Below are positions 56,313-64,000 of a stretch of DNA of 64,000 nucleotides, in pieces. This DNA is from Octopus vulgaris (taxonomy: Eukaryota), in the NCBI GenBank assembly GCA_951406725.2, contig OX597818.1:74338001-74402000 (forward strand), given 5' to 3'. Within the stretch, counting starts at the first letter, position 1, and each line of letters opens with the position of its first letter. The notes beneath the pieces are model-generated. The model did not search any database. It had not been told where the DNA came from and saw only the letters and a list, made by a program, of their open reading frames with translations. The position numbers and the translations under genes were made by a program.

Positions 56313-57161
56313 ATATATATGAAAAAACAAGTAAAAAATAGAAAATGCTAAAATAATTTTATAGTGAACATTTCAGTACCGGTTTCGGTCATTTTGAGAC
56401 CTTTTCAACTGTAACGATTAAATAATTAAATTTAGAAAAATTAGAAGAAAAGTTTTTTTAAAAGAATATTTCTATAGTAGTGTTCAGATTTAAGTGGCAT
56501 TCTGCCTTTCTCTGACTCCCTTGTTTGCACTTGTGTGTTCGAGGTAGTTGTGAGTTCTTGGTAGGGTAGTAGAGGGAAGGCTGGTGAGGAAAGGGGGTGG
56601 GAGAATCTGGGAGTGCCCTGATGGTCGTATTTTGAATGGTCAGTGGCGGCTGGCAGTCTCAGTTCAATTCAGGATTGTTTATAGAATTAGCGTAGGTGTT
56701 ATACTAAAAAACATTAGTGACAAACTTAAGGGGTAGGGGGTGAGAGAAGAAGAAGAAGAAGAAGAAGAAGAAGAAGAAGAAGAAGAAGAAGAAGAAGAAG
56801 GAGAAGGAGAAGATGATGGTGATGGTGGTGATGATTATGACGACGATGATGATGATAACGATGATGATGAAGAAGAAGAAGAAGAAGAAGAAGGAGAAGA
56901 AGAAGAAGGAGGAGAAGGAGAAGATGGTGGTGATGATGGTGGTGATGATGATGACGCCGATGATGATGATAACGATGATGATGAAGAAGAAGAAGAAGAA
57001 AAAACAGAGAAGGGAGAATATGAATGGGTGTAAATATAGCTATGAAGGGGCTGATTAGTAATGGATTCTATGGAGTGTAGTATTTGTGTGTGTATATATA
57101 TTTTTTTCTTTTATTCTAAAGTTGAGGTATATTAATTGTTTGTCGTAGACCCGTTAAGAAG
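56313..57161 (-). repeat. 3' pseudo-LTR (ORF 3' end + 3' UTR with (TTC)/(ATC) simple repeats and hammerhead)
   Basis: Reverse complement of 59569-60415; includes the last codons and the stop of the ORF. Confidence 0.92.
56369..56416 (-). ncRNA. Minimal type-I hammerhead ribozyme, U3-A8 variant, in PLE 3' pLTR
   Basis: Minus strand: cgttacag-UUGAAAA-GGUC ucaaaau GACC-GAAA-CCGG-UA-cugaaaug. Stem I 7/8 pairs, 4-bp stem II, palindromic stem III (ACCGGU), GUA cleavage triplet. Confidence 0.8.
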
Positions 57162-59594
57162 TGGCTTGTATTTTGTAATAAAGAGATTTTCTTTACTTAT
57201 TCTTTGTCTCGAGGTTGTATCGTCCCTAAATTGGTAGAGGGGGAAAATTCTGAAGTTTGGTGTTTTTTTGTTGGCGCAAGTATCTATGTGTTGGCTAAAA
57301 GCTATTTTTCTGTTTTGGGGAATTTTTATCTGGGATCTGTGCAGGGCCATTCGTTTACGCAAACCATTTTTTGTTTGGCCTATGTACTGCTCTTGACACC
57401 CGGAGCAGGTTAGTGAGTATATTAGGTTCTCTGAAGCACATGTAAAGTTGCTTTTCACTGTAAACCGTTGTCCCTGTTTGAAGGAGAACTCAGAACCCTC
57501 GATTAGATAGTCGCATATCCCGCAATTGGGTCTTCCACATTTTTTTACTGTCGGCTTCTGTGTTGAAGAGTGAATTCGGGCTTGTGTAAGGAGACTTTTC
57601 ATGGATCTAGGCTGTCTTTTGCTTTTTATGATCGTGTGTGTTTGGAGGATTGTGTTCATTCTGTGGTCTTTTTTTAGGAGGGGTATGTTGTGGAGGATGG
57701 TGTCGAAGGCTTCGTTATTGAGAGGGTTGTGTGTGGAGATGTATGGTAAGGCTTTTGGTTGTAAGTTTTTCTTTGATTTGGGATGTCTCAGTTCCTTGAT
57801 GTTAAGTTGAAGGGCACGTTGAATGCACTTGTCAATAAGTGAAGGTGGATAGTTCCTGGTGATTAGGGTATCTTTTAGTTCTTGTAGTCGTGTGTCTCTG
57901 GTGTTTGCGTTAGAGACTATAGTGCATATCCTTTTTGCTAGATTGAAGGGGATATTCATCCTGGTGTGTCTGGGGTGGCATGAATTGAATGGAAGATATT
58001 GCTTAGAGTCTGTAGGCTTATAGTATATGTCTGTTTCTATTATATTATTAGCTTTCTTAATGAGGATATCGAGGAAGGGGAGTTGTTGTTGGCTATATTC
58101 CATCGTGAATTGGATGTTTACGTCCAGTCCGTTTAAAATTTTCTGGAATTCTATGAGTTTTTCTATATTTTTATGCCAAAGGATGAAACAGTCATCTAGA
58201 TATCTCTTCCAGTTGTTTTCTATGTAGATGGAGAAAGGGCTGCCATATCTTTCTAGAACCTTACGATACAGACTGATCTCTAGGTATCCTATGACTAGGT
58301 TGGCAAAGGAGGGGGCCATTCGTGTACCCATCGCAGTCCCCGATTTTTGTCGGTAGAAGTTGTCATTGAAGGCGAAGAAGTTATTTTCCAGGATGAATTT
58401 AACCCCTTCTATCACAAATTCTTTTTTGATGCGGTGTGGTAGTTCGTTGGCGTGATTCTCTAGCCAGAATTGGATTGCCTCTAGTCCTAGGTTGTGGGGG
58501 ATATTGGAGTAGAGGTTGACTACATCGAAGGATACCAGTATGGTGTTTTTGTTTATAGTATTCGGTAGGTGATTGAGCATATCTAAGTCGTCCCTTATAT
58601 AGCTTTTGACATGTTTGAGGAGTGGTTTTAACAGGGTGTCTAAAAAGTTACTGAGGCGGTGGGTTTCGCATGCGGGACCTGCTATTATGGGTCTCAATTT
58701 GAGGTCATTAGGATTAGGGACTTTAATTATTTTGTCTGTAGCTATCTTGCATGCGTTGCTTATTTTTTCACTTTTGTGGATCTTAGGTATACCGTAGAAT
58801 TGGCTAGTTTTACTTGTGAAATTGGTCATATAATCATATTCTTTGTCGGTGAGCCCTGCTTTGTATGGGTTTAATATGGATTTTAGTTCCCTCATTATTT
58901 TTTGTTGACTGTAGTTTTGTGCCTTTTCATAGTATGTTGTGTCTTCCAGCATAGAAAGTACCAAAGTTATGTAAAATGTCGTATCCATTAAGACAACAGC
59001 ACTCCCTTTATCGGTCTCTTTGATTGTTATTGTTTTATCTAGTTTTAATTTGTTCAACTCAGCCCATTCTTTTTTGCTGAAGTTTGGTTTGTGTTTTTGT
59101 TTGTGCATATGTTGATATGGGTAATTTGATATGTGGTCACAGAAATCATCAAGTGTTTTATTCTTACCTTTCGAGGGGGTGTAGTTACTCCTATTTCTGG
59201 CTAACGATTCGTCCTCGTTGTATTTATCGTATAGCTCCTCAGTAAGTCTTAATTTTCTGCAGAATTCTGCGATGTCTTCTTTCATTTCATTGTAGTTGGG
59301 GTGTTGTGGGGTGGGTGTAAACTTGAGTCCTTTGGAAAGTATGTTTATTTGGTTTGCTGTTAGTTCCTTGTGAGTTAGATTAATAATTTTTATTACTTTT
59401 GGTTCCTCCTGCTTGTTTGGTGCTATCTTGCGTCTCTGTGTTTGCGTATTGGGTCTAAAAAAATGAATGCGGTGGTTGGGACGGTAGCTAGTATATAGTT
59501 GTTCTTTGTTGATTAGGGGTCTCCTGTTGTGATTTGTGGTGTGTGTTCTTGGAGCAGTATTGACGGGTCTTCTTAACGGGTCTACGACAAACAA
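57132..59594 (-). CDS. Penelope-like element ORF (Neptune-type): reverse transcriptase + Zn-finger linker + GIY-YIG endonuclease; uninterrupted but 5'-truncated
   Basis: 820-codon open frame with PLE RT motifs FYGIPKIHK, LRPIIAG, LVSFDVVNLYSNIP, GTAMGTRMAPSFANL, WKRYLDDCF, LPFLDILI, YYKPTD. Cys linker CGRPNCGIC. GIY-YIG NLIYSLTCSGCQEQYIGQT followed by conserved R/H/H/E/N. The first ~9 codons (MFVVDPLRR) come from the inverted pLTR, so the true start is missing. Confidence 0.95.
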   Translation of the reverse strand: MFVVDPLRRPVNTAPRTHTTNHNRRPLINKEQLYTSYRPNHRIHFFRPNTQTQRRKIAPNKQEEPKVIKIINLTHKELTANQINILSKGLKFTPTPQHPNYNEMKEDIAEFCRKLRLTEELYDKYNEDESLARNRSNYTPSKGKNKTLDDFCDHISNYPYQHMHKQKHKPNFSKKEWAELNKLKLDKTITIKETDKGSAVVLMDTTFYITLVLSMLEDTTYYEKAQNYSQQKIMRELKSILNPYKAGLTDKEYDYMTNFTSKTSQFYGIPKIHKSEKISNACKIATDKIIKVPNPNDLKLRPIIAGPACETHRLSNFLDTLLKPLLKHVKSYIRDDLDMLNHLPNTINKNTILVSFDVVNLYSNIPHNLGLEAIQFWLENHANELPHRIKKEFVIEGVKFILENNFFAFNDNFYRQKSGTAMGTRMAPSFANLVIGYLEISLYRKVLERYGSPFSIYIENNWKRYLDDCFILWHKNIEKLIEFQKILNGLDVNIQFTMEYSQQQLPFLDILIKKANNIIETDIYYKPTDSKQYLPFNSCHPRHTRMNIPFNLAKRICTIVSNANTRDTRLQELKDTLITRNYPPSLIDKCIQRALQLNIKELRHPKSKKNLQPKALPYISTHNPLNNEAFDTILHNIPLLKKDHRMNTILQTHTIIKSKRQPRSMKSLLTQARIHSSTQKPTVKKCGRPNCGICDYLIEGSEFSFKQGQRFTVKSNFTCASENLIYSLTCSGCQEQYIGQTKNGLRKRMALHRSQIKIPQNRKIAFSQHIDTCANKKTPNFRIFPLYQFRDDTTSRQRISKENLFITKYKPLLNGSTTNN

Positions 59595-60403
59595 TTAATA
59601 TACCTCAACTTTAGAATAAAAGAAAAAAATATATATACACACACAAATACTACACTCCATAGAATCCATTACTAATCAGCCCCTTCATAGCTATATTTAC
59701 ACCCATTCATATTCTCCCTTCTCTGTTTTTTTCTTCTTCTTCTTCTTCATCATCATCGTTATCATCATCATCGGCGTCATCATCATCACCACCATCATCA
59801 CCACCATCTTCTCCTTCTCCTCCTTCTTCTTCTTCTCCTTCTTCTTCTTCTTCTTCTTCTTCATCATCATCGTTATCATCATCATCGTCGTCATAATCAT
59901 CACCACCATCACCATCATCTTCTCCTTCTCCTTCTTCTTCTTCTTCTTCTTCTTCTTCTTCTTCTTCTTCTTCTTCTTCTTCTCCACCCCCCTACCCCTT
60001 AAGTTTGTCACTAATGTTTTTTAGTATAACACCTACGCTAATTCTATAAACAATCCTGAATTGAACTGAGACTGCCAGCCGCCACTGACCATTCAAAATA
60101 CGACCATCAGGGCACTCCCAGATTCTCCCACCCCCTTTCCTCACCAGCCTTCCCTCTACTACCCTACCAAGAACTCACAACTACCTCGAACACACAAGTG
60201 CAAACAAGGGAGTCAGAGAAAGGCAGAATGCCACTTAAATCTGAACACTACTATAGAAATATTCTTTTAAAAAAACTTTTCTTCTAATTTTTCTAAATTT
60301 AATTATTTAATCGTTACAGTTGAAAAGGTCTCAAAATGACCGAAACCGGTACTGAAATGTTCACTATAAAATTAGTTTAGCATTTTCTATTTTTTACTTG
60401 TTT

Positions 60404-60415
<12 letters not shown>
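59569..60415 (+). repeat. Inverted 5' pseudo-LTR copy
   Basis: Begins cttcttaacgggtctacgacaaacaattaa (reverse complement of 57132-57161) and runs to ttgttttttc(at)n. Confidence 0.92.
60312..60359 (+). ncRNA. Identical hammerhead in the inverted pLTR
   Basis: cgttacagTTGAAAAggtctcaaaatgaccGAAAccggTActgaaatg on the + strand. Confidence 0.8.
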
Positions 60416-60473
<58 letters not shown>

Positions 60474-60479
<6 letters not shown>

Positions 60480-60794
60480 TTAGAGATAAAACCACTATTA
60501 GGAAAATCAAACAGTGAAAAACATAAGCCAAAACATAGAGATAAAATTAATTAATAAAATATACAAAATATATAAAATATAATTCAAAATTTAAATTATT
60601 TAAATTTAAATTTTAAATTAAATTTTTTTTTTATATTATTAATTTATACTTATAAATTTTTATATATATTAATTTAACTTTTGAATTTTATTTTATATAT
60701 TTTGTATATTATATTAATTAATTTTATTTCTATGTTTTGGTTTATGTTTTTCACTGTTTGATTTGCCTAATATTGGTTTTATCTCTAATTTAAT
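60474..60794. repeat. AT-rich fold-back, ~125-bp inverted arms
   Basis: attaaattagagataaaacca.tattagg.aaatcaaacagtgaaaaacataa.ccaaaacataga... (60474-60598) is the reverse complement of ~60668-60794 with few mismatches. Confidence 0.88.
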
Positions 60795-61867
60795 ATACAT
60801 ATTTATACTGTAAAATTAGATTTAATCCTGAATCTAATTTTTCCCTGTAAGTTTGGATTTACTCCCTAATATTATTATTATTATATATATATATATATAT
60901 ATATATACATACATACATACATACATACATACATACATACATACATACATACACACATGCGCATACACGCATATACCCACGCACATGCTCACACCCAAAT
61001 ACAGACACACACACACATGTAAAAACATGTAAAAATAGACAGTACAGAGACATTACAGTATATTAATTCTTTCTTGCAAATAGCCATGCCACAAACACCG
61101 AAAGCAGCAGATTTTGACTTTCAAAGAGGGCGTATTGCATGTCAGCCTAAGGATGGACTGAGGCAGCATGATGTTGAACATATACCCCGGATTTAATCGT
61201 GCCACAGTCAATAGAGTGTTGTTTAAAAATTTACCTCCTAAGGAGATGAGTTAACGAGCTCCTGCTTAAATACCTGGACCCCCTGACAGGTGGCTTAAGG
61301 AGAGGTATATACTATATTAATTTTGCAATATATTACGTACTTTGTCTTAGGATTAGCCAACGTACGATATAAGTATGGCTCTCCAATATCATCTTAGTTT
61401 GCTAAGGAATACTACGCTGCATTAGATAAATGTTTTCCAAAATCTAACAGAGAACACGATTTTAACAGGTACCGATTGAATTTATCGTATGCTACTTCTA
61501 ATAACCCAGAATACTATATCAATAAGCATAATAATGATGAAATTAGAAGAGGAATTACATAACACGCTTAGTGGGTTCATACTCAGGAATTATATGCATT
61601 TTGTCATGTTCAGAGTGATTTATAAGATGCAACCACAGACTGAAATTAATGTTTCCGCGGTATTAGAGGAAAATATGGTAGCTTGAATATCTCTGATTAA
61701 CATGCTAAATTTTCTTTCTATTTACATACACTTATATCTCTCTTGATAAAATATCCTATGTATTCGTTTGCAGATATTTCAAAACAGTTTAGTGAGTGAT
61801 AGGATTATTTGTTTGTGCGTATATATGAGTTTGGACTTGTATATATATATGTATGTAAATTGGTATT

Positions 61868-61929
<62 letters not shown>

Positions 61930-61956
61930 TAGATAGATAGATATATATATAGATAA

Positions 61957-62011
<55 letters not shown>

Positions 62012-63619
62012 CATAGATATGTGTGTGTATATATGTGTGTATATACAATACATACATGTGTAAATATATATAAAATATACATATATACATACGAGAAGGT
62101 GTAACCCATTTTATATATTGTTTTTAGCTTTTTTCTTCCTTTATTTATCTTTGACTAGTGATGAGTATCACCCAACGACCGAATGAAATAATCTAAGTGG
62201 TCTAAAATAGTGAATGTCAGTAAGATCACTAAATCTGGCTGGCAGAAACAAAAATGTAACACCCGAAGAAGCATCCACATTGAATTGGAGTTAACTAAAA
62301 TATTGATATTAATATTAAGATTATCTTAAGTAAAATTTTATGAACATGGAAAATTTTCACATGATAAACCATTAAGCATATGAATTTCCACATGCAGTAA
62401 TTATTGTTATTATTATGTTTATCCTAAGCTGAAGGGAGTTCTACGTGTGTAACCATATAACCATAAAACACGGGAGATGGAATTAACAGGTGATAACGAA
62501 AAAGAGAAGCATGAGAGCTTTTAAGAACTCATTCGAGCTTTTGGCCCTATTGATGATGTTCCCTCTATAGGTACAAATTTAATTCTTTCCCAAATAAATT
62601 GCGCTTCATATTCGAGGCTCCGATGAAGCTGTACAGTGTTATTCACTCACTCAACTACGACTCAACAGCATCTTATAGCAGAAACAACAGTAAGGCTAAT
62701 GAATTTCGTAAGATAATAATTTATTCCTTTCTCATCTCTCTTTCTCAGTACCGCTCTATATTCAGCCACCACTTCGTTCTGAAACATACGTATACTAACC
62801 TCAACAGTGGGTGATTGGTCTCACAGTGCCTAAGCGAAATATGTGTGTGTGTGTGTGTTTGTACACATACATACATACATACAAAGGGAGAGAGAGAGGA
62901 AGAGAAGGCGATAGGTTGTCAATAATTGAATTATGATTCCGTGTGATCTGAGTAATATATCAATTTGATAGTTTTATTTCAATATAAACACATACAAAGA
63001 AAGATCGCAATCTCTGGGTTTATGTATTGACCAATAAACATTTGGGAATTGGTCAGAAAAATGAGAATGGCTGTTTTATATAACTCTAGCCGCCTGACAT
63101 GCATGGATAATTTCCGTATTCCATTTCATTTTTTCCTAAGTATACCCATAGAAAATATCTACCTACACCTAAGATTGGTGAAATGGTCAAATACAAACGA
63201 AAGGACATATTAACCCAAATTTACTACTTACACCCTCAAAATGTTCAACAATACAAGCATTCATGATATAGCTTTGATAAAGGAAATAATGGTGTTGAAT
63301 TATGCTACGTAACATTTTAATCGATCAAATATGGGATCAATAAAATATGCATCAATATTTGCTATTGTATTTGAATTGCACGTACTCTAAATCATGCATA
63401 AATCTCTCTATTTTTGTGGATTTTTCTATCATATATTTGCTACTGTACACTAAATTTAAATAGAATTCATTCAGTATTTGATCTTTGGATTTACACTTTG
63501 GACAGGTTACAGGAAATGGATTTACAACCTACGTGGATTAAAATTTAGTTAGCCGGGTGTCATACCTTGAGAATGGCTACACAGCATTCACCGGCATCAT
63601 TTCATCTATTTTTCATTTA

Positions 63620-63701
<82 letters not shown>

Positions 63702-64000
63702 AACGAAGTGCTAGCGCTAAGCAGTGTTTAAAAATGAGCAGAATTTAGGTTAGTAGAAATATGTTAGCGACTTATTTTATCTGCTAAAAGGGAAATACAT
63801 TGCAGTTTCTGTGGAAAATACATCTCTCCTATGGTAAAAAGGTGCGAAAACACCCGATTCGTTCAGTGTCACCATCTATTAGGAATCTCAGACAACGATA
63901 TTTCAAGTTTCGCAGCTCTTGTCTATGAGATCTACCTAACAAAGGCAACTCTGAAAGAACTTTTAAGCCAAGTTAAAAAGGTGTGAAAACATCTAATCGA

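Larger units (their letters stand above)
56313..60415 (-). mobile_element. Penelope-like retroelement with inverted pseudo-LTRs
   Basis: 56313-57161 and 59569-60415 are near-perfect reverse complements (a few substitutions and GAA-run length differences). They flank the RT/EN ORF and both outer ends abut TA runs. Confidence 0.93.

Noticed and set aside
56740-57058. Acidic E/D-rich and poly-K ORFs (mirrored at 59697-60011)
   Set aside because: Antisense reading of the (TTC)/(ATC) simple repeats in the PLE pLTR.
56313-60415. Interpretation as a DNA transposon with long TIRs
   Set aside because: The ORF is RT + GIY-YIG and the arms include the ORF 3' end, which is the inverted pLTR structure of PLEs.

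Overview
AT-rich eukaryotic genomic DNA, saturated with microsatellites ((TA)n, (CA)n, (TAA)n, (TAG)n, (GAA)n) and transposable elements. The repeat repertoire resembles an Octopus/cephalopod genome (inference from recalled families, not verified). No host protein-coding gene can be supported apart from one weak candidate terminal exon, and nearly all ORF-track entries are microsatellite artefacts. The main feature is a young Neptune-type Penelope-like retroelement (PLE; RT + GIY-YIG, 57132-59594, minus) flanked by ~845-bp inverted pseudo-LTRs. Four older PLE fragments are also present. Reading both strands by eye finds six minimal type-I hammerhead ribozyme motifs (five distinct sequences), each family with its own palindromic stem III. 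One lies in a non-coding, TSD-flanked, 353-bp-unit tandem element that has the hallmarks of a retrozyme, with its 5' end within ~10 nt of the predicted self-cleavage site. Also present: a CR1-group LINE, HERO-like and R4/Dong-like fragments, a complete non-autonomous Helitron plus Helitron relics, mariner relics/MITEs, three tRNA-derived SINE families, two short retro-insertions with unusually long flanking duplications, and several fold-back structures. All alignments and folds were done by eye, so boundaries are approximate.
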